The notes under the pieces are model-generated. The model made no database searches. It was not told the DNA's origin and worked only from the letters and a program-made list of their open reading frames with translations. Positions 49,863 through 63,650 of a DNA stretch of 64,000 nt are shown here, piece after piece. The position numbers were made by a program, and so were the translations under genes. Every line of letters begins with the position of its first letter. Within the stretch, counting starts at the first letter, position 1. This DNA comes from Cenococcum geophilum (Eukaryota): positions 9,610,001 to 9,674,000 of the forward strand of contig CP158635.1 of NCBI GenBank assembly GCA_050273025.1, read 5' to 3'.

Positions 49863-52800
49863 TATTACGGACGCTTTAAGTACAATGTTACGACTACTAG
49901 AAGAGGAGTCGGAAGAAGCTAGTTGGTTAATATAGGCACGGTCCAGGATGGAACCCGTAGAACCATATAACGAGGAATGGTAGCTAAGGTTATATAATGA
50001 GCTCTGTGAGCTCTATAAGATCTATAAGGAACGTCCTATATACCTTATATACCTCATATACCTCACGTATAAGAAGGATTTTATAGGAGTACGGTTGTGT
50101 ATTTAAAGACCCTTAGTCCCTACCTAGATAGTTCCTTCCTTGTAGTGATTCTTAAAATACAATTAAAGTTAATCTATTAGGCAACCACTCCACCAGTTAT
50201 TATTACGTTGTTAACTTTCTGCTTTACCTATATACCTAGCCCATTAACGAATCTACCGTAGTTCCTGCTATAAGGTTCCGTTACACAATCACTACCACAG
50301 TTATGGTAATAGAAGTTAAATAACATACTACCAAAAGCAGCTATAACGACGCTATTAATGGCAGCAACGACCTTAGGGTTAGGTAACAACACTAGTATAG
50401 TAGGTACTGACGCGCAACTAGTTATTATTGGACAGTTATAGGCGATAGTTAATTAGTTAATAGATAATAATAAGGCACTTAAATAAAGGGCCAATAGAAT
50501 AGGAGCAGCTAAGGTTAAGTTACCTTTAATTAAATAATTCTTAGGAGAAAGATCGAAGCTTAAAGGATTCCTAATGTAAATACACTTTAAAGTCACACAG
50601 GAAGGAGTAAGATTGGTAATACCTATGGATTAGGTAGCATACGCAGGATTATTCCTAACGGGAAGGGCGCTTAAATGGTTTAAACCCTACCTTATAGAAA
50701 TACAAGATAATGGTATAATAACCACTAATTAGGAAGTACGATATATATTTTTAAGCTAGACTAGATTTACGGAATAATTAATATAAATGTTTGGAGACCT
50801 AAAAGCAATAACTATAGTAAAAAGGAAGCTTTAGGACCTAATATAGCAAACCTTAACAATTAAATACACAACGCAGTTTTAGACATTAGCTATATAGGTT
50901 AAATGGAATAATAAGGCGCTTATAGTATAGTATAAATAGGGACTTAAAGTAAAAGTCTAAGACGTAATTATTCTAATAAAAGATGCGGATACCCTTAGGG
51001 AATTAATAGATTAAGTAATTAAGATTAATAATAGGATCTTCTAAAGGGAATAGGCTAAGAGAGGCTAGGATAGAGTTCTATAGTTATATAAGGTATAGAG
51101 TACGTAATAACTAAAGTTAAATTAGAAACTATGGTATAGCGCAGAGCTAATAGACCTAAGTAGTACTAAAGAAACCTGTAAGAGATAGGGAAAGCAACTA
51201 TAGAAACCTAGAAGTTAAGGATTAAGTAATTATAGGACTAAGAAGCATAGGCCAAACCAAGGATCTTAGTAGTAGAAGACGTTTAAGCGGACTCTATAGC
51301 AAAAGCAATGGTTTAAAGATAGAGCTTATATAAATTGCGGAAAACAGAGTTATTTCGCTAGAGACTGTAGAAGTAGTTAGAGTTATTATGTAGTAAAGGG
51401 AACTAGACTAATAATAAGTAATATATACGTATAGAGGGACGATAGTGTACTATAAGGAATAAAAGAATATTTAATTAAAAGTTTTGCGTTTTATTATAAT
51501 AATACATACCAAATTTATAAAGACGCTAAGTATGGCGCAAGCTATTAGCTATAAGAGCTAGAGTTAAAAGGACTTAAAGGAACTAGAGAGTTAGATAAAG
51601 AGTAAAATTAACTCTATAAGCTAGATTAAGATATTATAGCAATATACGGATAATAATTAGTAGTAATAATAATAGAGTTAGAGTACTTATTAATTAACAG
51701 CAATAAGGTAGAAGAAAGAACTAACTAGGGGTATCTAAACCTTAATAACGTAATTAAAGTAGAGACTAAGACCGCTATAGAGCAAGATTTAGTAACGGGT
51801 ATTATAATACCGTTAGATACGGCATCTATTGCTTTATAAGATAAAAGGAGTAATATCTAAAGACGATTAAGTAAGTAGGCGACTACTAGTGCTAGCTTAC
51901 CACTTAATAAAGGCAAAAAGCTAAAGGCTTAAAATTCTTAAGACGAGATAAGAGATGACTAAGATTCTTAAGACGAGATAAGGCACGCTTAAGGACCTAT
52001 AATAGACGATAACCAATAGAGTAGAGCAACAGCTTAGTTTAGCAATATATAAATAAGCTTAGGACGAAGTTTCCTAAATGCATAAGACTCTTAAGACGAA
52101 ATGAGTAAGATTTAAGACTTTTAAAATGAGATGAGAACACTAGTAAAGCCTAGTTAAATTAAGGCTAAAGCGCAGCTTAAGAAAGAAGTAAGCGCAAAAT
52201 TAAAGAATCTAAGGGACTAAGAATTTAGAGTATAAATAAAGACACCTATAAGCAAGAAGTAAGGAGCTTTATTATAGATTAGAGAATCTACAATATAAAC
52301 AGCAGTTAGACTAGGAGATAGATACATAGACCTAGAGGACTTACTAAGGGAATATAGTGTTTAGCCTAAAGATTAAGAAGCCGATACTATAATTAAGAAG
52401 TAAGAAAACTTTAAAGATCTAATTATAAGACGTAAATACTAAGAAACTATAGATAAGTTTAGAGCAAGAATCTTTATATAGTAAAAATAAGGACTAAATA
52501 TAAGAGCTAGCATACTAGATTGTATATAAGATAGAGCACTAGTATAAGGAATTACTAATAGGCTAAGAGTAGGTATACTAAGAGCTAAGTGGCTTACTAA
52601 ACTAGAAAATGAAGAGGATTTAGGGATTTTAACTAGGTTTAAAGAACGATATATAAAGGGCTATTACGACGCAGTAATAAGAAGATACTTCCTTATAGAT
52701 AAACTATATACACTCTAATAGCTATACTAAAGGTAGTATAGGCAAAGATATAATAATAAGTGGGAAGATTTCTATATATAGTTGGACGAGAAAGTTATTT

Positions 52801-55800
52801 ATGACTACCTAATTACGGAAAAAGTAATAAACTATATTAAGGGAGCCTTAATTATAACATTAAAGGATCTAAAGGAATAATTAGAGGACTAGAGAAGTGA
52901 AAGACGTATCTTAGTACCTGCGAATAAAGTTATAACGTTTAAATTAATATAATAAAGGTTTAAACTTAAGGATAAAGATAAGCTAAGAGTTAACCTAGGT
53001 TACTAAGCATATTATACCCTATTATAGATAGCTTATATAGATAATATAGATAATATATATAGAGCACCAAAGGATAAATATTAAAAATACTTTATAAGGA
53101 TATATTAGGCGCTAGATAAGCGATAGTATAGAAATGCTAAGTATATATACGGCTGGCATTTAGTAAAAGTTTAGAAGTTAGAAAACTTAATACTTTAACT
53201 AAAAAGATTCCTTACGGAAAAATACTTAGATGGATAATAGTAGTGGGAATGCCCAGAGAATACGTGTCTATAGTATATTAAGGATAAAAAGTAAATAAAG
53301 CATTAGCTAAAGAATAAGTTAAGTATATAAGGATTTAGCAGCTAATAGTTAGGAAAAGTGGAGGCCTATAGAACTAGAGGGAGCTAGTAGTAGAGCCTTA
53401 AACCCTTAAAGGAATTTAAGAACAACACCTAAATTTATAAGTTAAATGGCAAGATTAACAGTTTAAAGTATTAGTAGATAGTAGAGCAATAAGGAACTAT
53501 ATTTCACTAATAGTAGTTAAAAGGATAGGGCTACCGCATAGGTAAAAGGAGCACCCTTATCTACTAGTTATAATTTTAGGAGATCCAATAGCCTATAGAG
53601 GAGGCATTATTAATCTTAAAATAGGGCCTATTTAGATAACCATTAAAGGGAGATAAGTTAAGATATTTTTTAATATATTACTATTAGGGAATAATAAGGC
53701 AGTATTAGGAATACCTTAGTTATAGAAATATAATCCAAAAATTAATTAGATTATAGGTTAGATCAATATTAAGGATACTTAACGCCGTAAGACACAATAA
53801 TAAGCTAAGATGGTATAGTACTAAGTTAAAGCGATATATAAGGAAACTGAGAAAGGGTTAAGTTATATACTAAAGAGATACTATAAATACGGCAAGAAAC
53901 TATAGTTATTAAAAAATAAGAAGCTATTAGAATACGTAGTATAGGACTATAAGATAGAATTAGAACTAGGAATAAGTTTAAGGTTCTTTCTAATCTATAA
54001 GCTTACTAAGGAAGGAAGGAGAGCACTAAAAGAGTTTATCTAGGAAAACCTATAAAAGGGGTATATTAAACCATTATAGTTATTAGCAGGATATCTAGTA
54101 CTATTCGTACCAAAGAAAAACGGAAAACTTAGGCTATACATCAACTATAAATAGTTAAACAGCATCACTAGAAAGGATAGGTATTCTTTACCCTTAATTA
54201 GTAAGATTTAGAATAGGATTAGTAATATATAAATCTTTACGAAGATAGATCTAAGATAGGCGTACCATTAGATTAAAATTAAGGAAGGTAATAAATAGAA
54301 GGCAGCCTTTAGGTTAAAGGAAGAATTATATAAGCTATTAGTTATGCAATTTAGGCTTATAAACACACTAGCAACGTTTTAGAAACGTATTAATAATATA
54401 TTAAAAAAACACTTAAATGAATTTATTATAGTATACTTTAATAATATTATTATCTACTTAATAAGCGAGGAAAAGAGCGAGCCAATTACTATTAAACTCT
54501 CTTGACATTCGGAACAAAAGGAGCTCTTACTGCACTCGGCCTAAAAAGACCAAAACCAACCAAAAGAACCCTGAAAAACACCTAGAGAATCCCCCTAAGA
54601 TGCATGTATCGCAGGGGAGGCACACGTTAAACGACAGTGGCTCATACTCGCGCGCGACCGCTAGAACTACGCCTAGCAATGGCCCTCCATAATAAAGACG
54701 GGCGAATACCATATTATAAAGCGGAAATACCTCTATTAAGAAGGCATCTAATAAAATATAAAGCCTATTAGACGTGTCTAGTATCTAGAATTATAGGGGA
54801 GTAACCGTTAGCTATAACAAACTAATATAGCTAGTAAAATGGCTCCGCCAGTCTAGCAAACCTTAGGCGCTCCTCTAGTAAACCCTTAATTAAATCCTCT
54901 AACGGCTAAGCAAAATTAAAAATAAGTATAACCCCCCCTTATTAGCGAACCGCACCTAGGCCGCTATAGCTGCGCTTTTATAGTATAGGGAACCTACCCC
55001 CCTTAAGTTAATAACTGGGTATATAATTATAATATAACTAAATATAGAATAAGTAGAGGGGCTTAGGGGATAATTAGAAATAGAAGTCCTTATAAAGATA
55101 TATAAAGAGGTTTATAACGCTGTTATAGTCTAATACCTTAAGAGTGGAGATATTAGAGTTACCCTAAAGGACTAATAGGCAAAGAAACGAGCCGTAAGGG
55201 TAGGGGATAGGCTAGGAGAACGTATTGGCATAAAAGTACTCCGCGAGGATTACCTAGTTAAAGTTTTAGCGGTTCCTATAAGCCTTAGGGTAGAAAAGGG
55301 ACGCTAGGCGGACAATATAGCAATTATATAGGAGATAGTAAGATAAATGGAACGCCTTATACTAGGACTTAAAATCACCTAAATCTAATAGCTTTAATAG
55401 GAAAATGCAAACTAAGTATATAATAAGAATAATAAGAGGATATAAAGGTCATTAGAGACTTGCTATAGAGACGCTAAACGAATATATGGCTCCCTTATCA
55501 TCAGTATATATATACTAGGAATGCAAAAACTCCTTATTTAAAAAGGAATAATTATAAATGGCCTTATATATAATATAAGGCTCTATAACCACAGACTACG
55601 CCTAAAATAATGCTATTACTATATATAATGGGGACATACCTAATCTATATACACAGTATAGGTATACTGCGGCCACTGTACAGGCCCCTATAATACGAGA
55701 TATTGCTTAAATTAAAACTAAATAAAATGTATAAACTGCTACTAAAGTATATATAAGGCGTAGGAGAGAAAAGACTGTATTAAATATAGGAGACGGAAGG

Positions 55801-58800
55801 TAAGGGCTTAATAGCTGCGGGAATAACTGCACGCTAGGTTATATAAATGGAAACAATAGGTAATAAGCTAGGGGGACGTAGGCGCCTTTCTAGCGTTTCC
55901 TAACTTTAATACTAGAGGGCTAGGCTAGCTATCCTAAGCCTTAACGGGCTAGAAGCGACGCCGCGCGATATTATTAGACTAATTAGGGATATAAGGGTTA
56001 TAGGGGATATAAGGGAGAGGACGCCCTATAGGAAGACCTCTATGGACAGCAACAGTAGGCTTAAGACTAGGATAATTAAGAATTAGACTTAATACGGTAA
56101 ATATAATATTTATAGCCGACCTATAAAGGGTATATAGCCGACTAGTAAGAATAGGGGAAGAACTGGTAATAATAACAGATTTAGATATAGAAGCGCTAAT
56201 AGGAATATAAGATATGGGAATAAAAAGCTCTATATAAAATAAGTAGTAACTAGGGTATAGATATAAGAGATAGAAGCTCTAAATATCCTAGAGAAAGTAA
56301 AAATAGAAGAAGCGAGGAACAAAGGAAAGTTAAAGGACCCTCGCTAGGGGTCCACTACCTATCCATTATATAGTATAACTGCGGTAACACAAACTACCGC
56401 CTTATAAGGCACCTACTAGATAGTCTAGACCTAGAGAAATACTATATCCTTACTATATAAGAACCGTATTATAATACCTTTATACAATTAATATACTGCC
56501 CCTAAGGATTCTAGCTCCTATATAAACCAAAAGCAGCTATACGCGTATACTTTATAATTAGTAAGGCTATTAGCCTGTCCTTATAGTTATAGCAGGCAGT
56601 TAACCTAGATATTGTAGTTATAATAATCTAAATATATAGGGGACCGGTATAAATTATTAATGTATATAACCCTAGGGTTAAAGGGGTCCTATAAATAAAG
56701 AATATTATATTAGTAATAAGCTTACTAGAAACCGAAGGTATAGAGTTTATCCTACTAGGAGATATAAACCTCTACTACCCGCAGTAGGGGAGTATCTATA
56801 TTGCTGCAGATTAATAGTCAGAGTGCCTACTAAGAGCTATAGATATTTAGGGCCTTAAGCTAGCCACCCCCCTAGGAGTAATTATATAGCAATAAGGCAC
56901 CGCCAGAAGTATAATTGACCTTATATTTATGGATGAAGGCCTATACTAGAGACTTAAAAGGTATAACCCTAAAGAAGAATAGGCACTTACCCTAGACTAT
57001 ATCCCTATCTAGATATAGCTAGACCTAGATACTAAAGTGTAACTAAATAGAAAAAGATATATAATAAGGAAGCTTAAGACAGATAGTTTTCTTAATATAG
57101 TTAAATAACAATTTTAAGACCTAGAAGAAATCCACCTAATACTAAACAAGCGAGGCTTATTAGCTACCCCCAAGGAAATTAACTAAAGACTAAAAAGGAT
57201 CTAGGCAGCGATTAAAAATAGGCTAAAAGAGCACTACCCGATCTTAAAACTAGGCCCTTATACGCAATATGTATGGTCTATATAATGCGCAGTTCTGGTT
57301 ACTAGCTAATAATAAGTAAGAAGAAAATATATAAGTAGCTATAACCCTAAAGACAAGAGATAATATAAAGACATAAGAAACTAGCTAAAGAATACCCTAA
57401 AAAAAGAAGTAAGGAATAACTAGAGACGGTTTATAAACGAGTATACTTCTAACCTAAGCCTCCCCTATAATAAGGGCCTTTGGGCTATAGCAAAATAGGT
57501 AAAGAAAAAGGCAGGGCGCCTAGTAGAAGACCTATACCTACTACTCCTATAAAGAGCAGAAGAATTATAGGCTATAAACAATAATAATAAAAAGGCAAAA
57601 ATCTTTATAGAAAGGTTCTTCCCCTAACCGGCTTTAGTAGACCTTAGTAATATCACGGATAAAACACTAGTAACTTACCTATAGGTTAACAGCGATATAA
57701 TAATAGAGGAAATAGCTAGAACTATTAGCCGCCTTTTAAATAATATAGCACTAGGACCAGATAGGATTTTAAATAAGGCCCTAAAAACCTATAGGCCACT
57801 TATAGCACCTTAGCTTACAGATATAGCCAAAGTATACTTTGCTATAGGCTACTACCCGCAACTTAAAAGATCTATAACGACGGTTATTCTATAAAAAGAA
57901 AGTAAAGCAGATTACTTAATCCCAGGAAGCTACCGCCCTATTGCCTTAAAAAACACCCTTAGTAAGATTTTAGAAAGGGTAATAGCGGAACGCATAGCAG
58001 ATATAGTAAAGAAATACGCCCTACTACTATAAAGCTAAATAGGGGCAAGAAAAAACCGCTTAACACTATTAGCACTTACGCTACTCGCTACTACTATTAA
58101 ATTTATATAGGCGATACGAAAGGACTTTATAGTATTAATGCTTAGCTTAGATATTAGTAGTACCTATAATAATATACCCCATAAGCGTCTCCTGTATATC
58201 CTTAGGGCAAAGGGCTTCTTAGAATAGATTATATAATTTATCTAAGGGTTTATAGGCTAGAAAGAAACATTACTAGTCTTTAGCGGATACCAGAGCCCCC
58301 CTATTATAGTTACAATAGAAATACTATAAGGATTACCCCTCTCGCCTATACTCTTCCTTTTCTTTATAAGTAACCTACTTAACTCCTTTAAGGAAGGGGC
58401 AACCTAGGGGATAGGCTTTATTAATAATATAAACCTAATTATATACGGGCCAATAGCTATAAAGAATTGCAGAATATTAAAGAAAGCCTATAATACTTAT
58501 ATAGAATAGGTAAAACGTTATAGAGTCTAATTCTTACCAGAGAAATACTAGCTAATCCATTTTATAAGAAAACGCAACCAATCTATAGATCTTTAGCATA
58601 TAATTTATATCTAAGGCTTTAGGGGTTAACCAGTTTAGGGCCTAAGGGTATTAGGAGTATAGGTAAATAGTAAGCTCTAGTAGAGCGTATATGCGGCGTA
58701 AGCGGCCTATAAAGGCTAAGCATAGTTTATCGCTTTATCTAGGATTATTAATTCTATATAGGGTCTATGCTTCTAGAGGTCACGCCTACTATATATAGCA

Positions 58801-61800
58801 GTTATCCGGCTAACTATAATATATAGATCTAGTATTTAGGCCATTAGAGAAACTAAAAAGGGCCCCCCTAAATTACTTCTTAAACTACTTTAAAAGGTCC
58901 AGACAGCCTACCTCTAGAGTATTATAGGCGGGTATAAGCGAACGGCCATAGCACTGCTTAAGAAGAAATCTAATATTCCCCCCCTATAGTTATATATTAA
59001 AGCCGCTATAATATAAAGGATATAAAATAAACGTAACTCTAATATTATAAAGTATATTAAGACACGCCTAAGTAAACTATAGAGGGACCCTAGGGTGCCC
59101 TATAGGAGAATAAACTAACAACCCTAAAGTAGGGAAGAAATATTAGAGAAACAGGTAAAGAAAGTAAAAGAAAAATAGTGCCGCTTTAGGGCCCAGGCCT
59201 ATATAAAGGAGAAAGGGAGACGTATAAGAGGTTAGTAAAGACAATAGTAAGATAAAAAAAGGAGCTAAAGTAAAACATATAAGAATGCTAGGAAACTATC
59301 TACCGTAATATAATACTAGTTGGACTAACGCTAGAGAGGTAAATAGGAGTTAAAGGTATAAAGGCTAACTTAGGCAAGATAAACCTAAGCTATAGTATAG
59401 TTAACGCTATAGGGGGTAAATACCTAAGGGCTCTAAGAAGGCCTAATAAAGGCAGAAAATATAATAGCAACACTCTTAAGAACAGGAATAATAGGACTAA
59501 AAGATTGGCTTTACTGGGTAGGTGTCCTAGTAGGTAGCCTAAGATGCGAATATGGCTGGCTAAGATAGACACCAAAACATGTAATACTACTATGCCCCCT
59601 ACGCACCAATTAAGAAATAATACTCTTAGTAGCTAGCATAGAGAACTATAATACACTACTCTTAATATAAAAAGGCCTTAAGGCGGTTACCTAGTGGCTT
59701 ATTAGTTAAAATGTGCTAAATTAGTTCCGGGTTATAAGGGAAATAGTAATAAAAGGCAAGGGGGCAAGCAGTAGGTACCCCCTAGTAACTCTACAGTAGT
59801 AGAGTAATAGTTTATAATACTAGCGCGTCCGTAGGCTTATTACGGCAGCAGTAGTTCCCAAAGAGGTTAAATAGTAAGGTAGTAGAGCACTATAGGCGAC
59901 TTATAGGCGCTAAGTAGGCGAGTCCTAAAAGGCGGGGAGATGGATCACGGGGTTTTCTCATTTTTCTTAAATAGAGTTTTCTCCCTATATATAAATAAGG
60001 AGTAGTCCGCGTGGGCCTAATAGGGATCCAAATCGGACGTTAAGCAATGAATTATTATTAATAAGCGAGGAAGAGGACGGAGAATATATTAAATAGGTTT
60101 TAAAGAGACTACAAAAGGAATAAATGCTAGTAGTAATTGAGAAATGCAAGTTCTTTACTAGAAAGACCAATTTTATTAAATTTATTATTAAATTAGGCTA
60201 ACTTAGTATAGATCTAAAGAAGATTAAGGCTATAGTAAATTGGTAAGAACTAGAAAATGTTATATAGTTAAGGTCGTTTTTAGGGGTTTTCAATTACTAT
60301 AGAAGGTTTATAGCTTAATAGTTAAAGGACATTAAGCCGTTTATAAGGTTAATAAAGAAAGAAGAACCTTAGGTATAAAAAGAAGAATAAAGAAAACTAT
60401 TTAAGGAGGTTAAGAAGTTGTTTACTTAAGACCCAGTTCTTAAAATCTACTAACTAAAACTAGAGATAGTAGTTAAAACGGATATATTAGACTTTATACT
60501 AGGGGAATACTTTCTATAAAAATATAAAAATAGATGGCACCTAGTAGTATACTATAGTTAGAAGATAATACTACTAGAACTAAACTATAACATCTATAAC
60601 AAGGAGTTATTAGGTATAGTTATAGTACTTTAAAAATAGAGAGCATTCTTATAAGGTATAGAAAAACTATTTATAGTTAAAACAGATTATAAGAACTTAA
60701 TAGGGTTTCTAATAATAAAAGAACTTAATTAAAGATAAGTTAGATAGGTAAAGATGCTTATAAAATACCATTTTAAGATTTAGTATACTAAGGGTACAGA
60801 TAATACATAAGTAGATACTCTAAGTAAAAAGGCTAAACTATAAAATAACGAAAAGTTATTAGGGGCTTTACTACAAAAAGATACAGATAGTTTAATTAGA
60901 TATAATTATCTAAAAATTACAGTAATAAGAGAAATTAGTTAGACCTATAAATTATTAGAAAGTAACTAGTTATAAAAAATCTAAGATATATAGGCAGAGA
61001 ATCCAAACTTAGAGTAGTATAAAAACTAAGAAGTAATGTATATGCTAAGGGGCATTATAAAAGAATTTATTAAGTTATTTTATAAGGGACTAACTTAAGG
61101 ACATAATAGAGCTATGGGCTTAGTGTTAAGACTTTAGGAGGAGTATATTATTAATAGAATCTAGGGACTAGTAAGATAAGTTATAAAGAAATATCTAGAT
61201 TACTAAAAAAATAAACTAGCACGATATAAGCTATATAGAGGGCTATAACCTATTAAAATACTAAAGAGACTATAGGAGGTTATATTATAGGACTTTATTA
61301 TAAAGTTGCTAAAGTTAAGAGATCCTATTACCGGATAAGATTATAACGTAATTTTAGTAATAGTGGATAAGCTAATAAAGTAGGGATACTTTATAGTATA
61401 TACGGAAGAAATCTTAGTAGAAGATATCGCTAGAATCTATATTAAAGAAGTATTCGCAAGATATAGAGCACTAAGTAAGATTATATTAGATAGAGATTTA
61501 AGATTTATAGCAGTATTTTAGGAGATATTCTTAGCGGAATAAGGAGTTTAAGTAGCAACTTCTACCGTATATTATCCGCAGACAGATAGTTAAATAAAAA
61601 GATTAAATTAGACACTAGAATAGTATCTAAGGCATTATATTAATTATATATAAAACAATTAGGTATTATTATTACTAGTTATATAGTTTGCATATAATGC
61701 GACACCTTAAAAAGAAATAGGCATATTACTATTTAAGGCGAATTACGGATATAAGCTAAGAATATTGTTATTACTACGCTAGGTAAAGAAAATAAGTAGT

Positions 61801-62045
61801 ATAGCTAAGTAAAAAATAAAGATACTAATAAATCTTTATATATACCTTACGGAAACAGCTAAGGTAGTATAGTAAAGAATAAAAAAGTACTATAATGCTA
61901 AGAGATCTAAGGGGCTAGATCTTAAGGAGGGAGATAAAGTATAGCTACTATATAAAATTTTTAAAAGTTAACAACTAAGTAAGAAGTTAGACTACGTTAG
62001 GCTAGGACCTTTTAAAATTATATAAAGAATTTCACTAGTTATATC
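49863..62045 (+). mobile_element. Chromovirus E (relative of D): 5' LTR 49863-50285, 3' end lost at about 62045, LINE inserted in RT
   Basis: TATTACGGACGC..CCGTTACA LTR. gag knuckle (about 51325-51368), PR LVDSGA (about 53470), RT YFDDII (about 54433), RH and IN are colinear in inverted orientation with D. Confidence 0.92.
54473..60057 (+). mobile_element. Apparently full-length Tad1-like LINE (ORF1 from ATG 54600; ORF2 about 56350-59910), RIPed
   Basis: TSD TTAATAAGCGAGGAA (54458-72 / 60058-72) and an (ATT)n tail. EN LSIIQYNCG (56359), RT GSYRPIAL (about 57925) and PLSPILFLF (about 58337), C-terminal CECGW..TPKHV..LC. Confidence 0.93.
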
Positions 62046-63650
62046 TGTAAGAGTGGAACTGCATTAGGAAATGGAGGCTTCCGTTACAGGAAACCCCTCG
62101 CTTTACCCCTTGCCGCTTTTATTTGGCCCGTGCACCGACCTCATCACATAAAAGTGAACTTCCCTCGCCGGTTTACTTTCCCTCCTCCCTCTTCTCTTTT
62201 CCCCCAATACCGCGCTCACTCCTTATTGGACTCTCGACCGCATCTATGAGGCATTTTCTCTCCCCTTGGCATTCATGCAAGTACCTTTTCCATTCTTCGG
62301 TACCTTAGACTGACGATAGTACAAGCACCGCATCCCTCGGCGTTTCCGATAGTTTTGCTCGCGCTCTTCCCGTTTCTTGTCCAACTCTTCGGTCGTACCT
62401 TTTACTCACCTCGCACCCTTAGGAGTGGCATTTCTGCTCCTCCCTCTTTTCTCACGCTTAAAGCCATGTCTCTAGATTCTCCAACCCTTTTGCAACAGGA
62501 ATCACTCAAACAAGCTTCCATTCCCGGCCCCGGCCTCTCCCTCTCCATCTCCCTCCTAGTGTCAGGCTCCCCAATTTCCCTGGAGTGGACGCCCCCGTAG
62601 CGGCTTCACCCATGGGATCCTTAGTTACTGCCACGTCAGCAATCACACGAAACGGCAACGGAGACGGTCACGGACGCCCACGCCATGGCTCCTATCGTTT
62701 CGGCGGGGCTAAGTTCAGCTGCCTACTGCCTCTATGCCGTTTCAAGGAATTGGCCACATTGTCCATGGGATACGATTAGTCATGTACCTTTAAGTGTTAA
62801 TGCTAGCCGCCTTGCAATATCCGAGCCGGTTTCAGCGGAGTGGAGCGTAACTGTAGCCTGCAGCCTGCAACTTGATCCCTGACGGCACAGCTATAAACAG
62901 CTATGGGACTATACTAGGCCTCGGAAATGGATTCCTTCAGGCTATACATGCATCGAGTTGCGTGATACGTTGGTCTACATAAGCAACTGCCATGAGTGCG
63001 GCGTCGTATTGCAGCGTTGCAAACGTGGCGAAGCCGGGTGCTAGGGCGGGCCTTCGGCGAGGCACGACTGCGGACAGATGCCAATCACTCAGCAAGATTA
63101 GAGCTCCGCCGTCGGAGATTGGAAGCCCGGCCGCGGACTTAAGTCTGGACTTAGGTGTCAGTTTTGCCGACGATCTAAGAATCATATTTCAATCGGAAAA
63201 CCCGCCGGGCTGTCGGGCGGACTCTGGTGGAGAAGAGAGGCGTATCCGGTAGCACAGCCTGGCCTCCAACGGAGTTGGCGTCGCAATCCCCACTTTGGCT
63301 GACGAATACCGGTGGAAAATTCGCGTACCTTTTAATCTAGCAAAGGGGGGCTTCATGCGGGGGCTGTATCACAGCTGAAATGTCGCGGTTAGAGGGATAC
63401 GAACTTGGTCGCAATGCGCGAAGGCGATTCGACGCCAACCCGGTATTCCTCTGGCATGGACGCGTTTCGACCGCGGTCTCGTGCAGACTGATCTCTACTG
63501 AGCGCTAAATATCATTCATGTGAGCTCTCCAAGAATCTGTGCCGGTGATGGCTTCTCGACTGTGGGCCCTTCACCTACTTAAACCTCTCCATCTCCGCTC
63601 TTCTCTTGCACCACCAGGAATTATTCAAGGCAGCAGCAACGGCAGCAGCA

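Noticed and set aside
27455..59575. Near-identical 61-aa ORFs at 27455 (+) and 59390 (-)
   Set aside because: Antisense frames of the same LINE ORF2 region in two inverted copies, with non-ATG starts.
62046..62088. TGTAAGAG...TTCCGTTACA, resembling LTR termini and the end of E's LTR
   Set aside because: Only about 10 bp of similarity, no TSD and no LTR body; may be chance.
62123..63252. Several overlapping short ORFs in the non-RIPed flank
   Set aside because: No recognisable domains or consistent exon structure; cannot be supported as genes.
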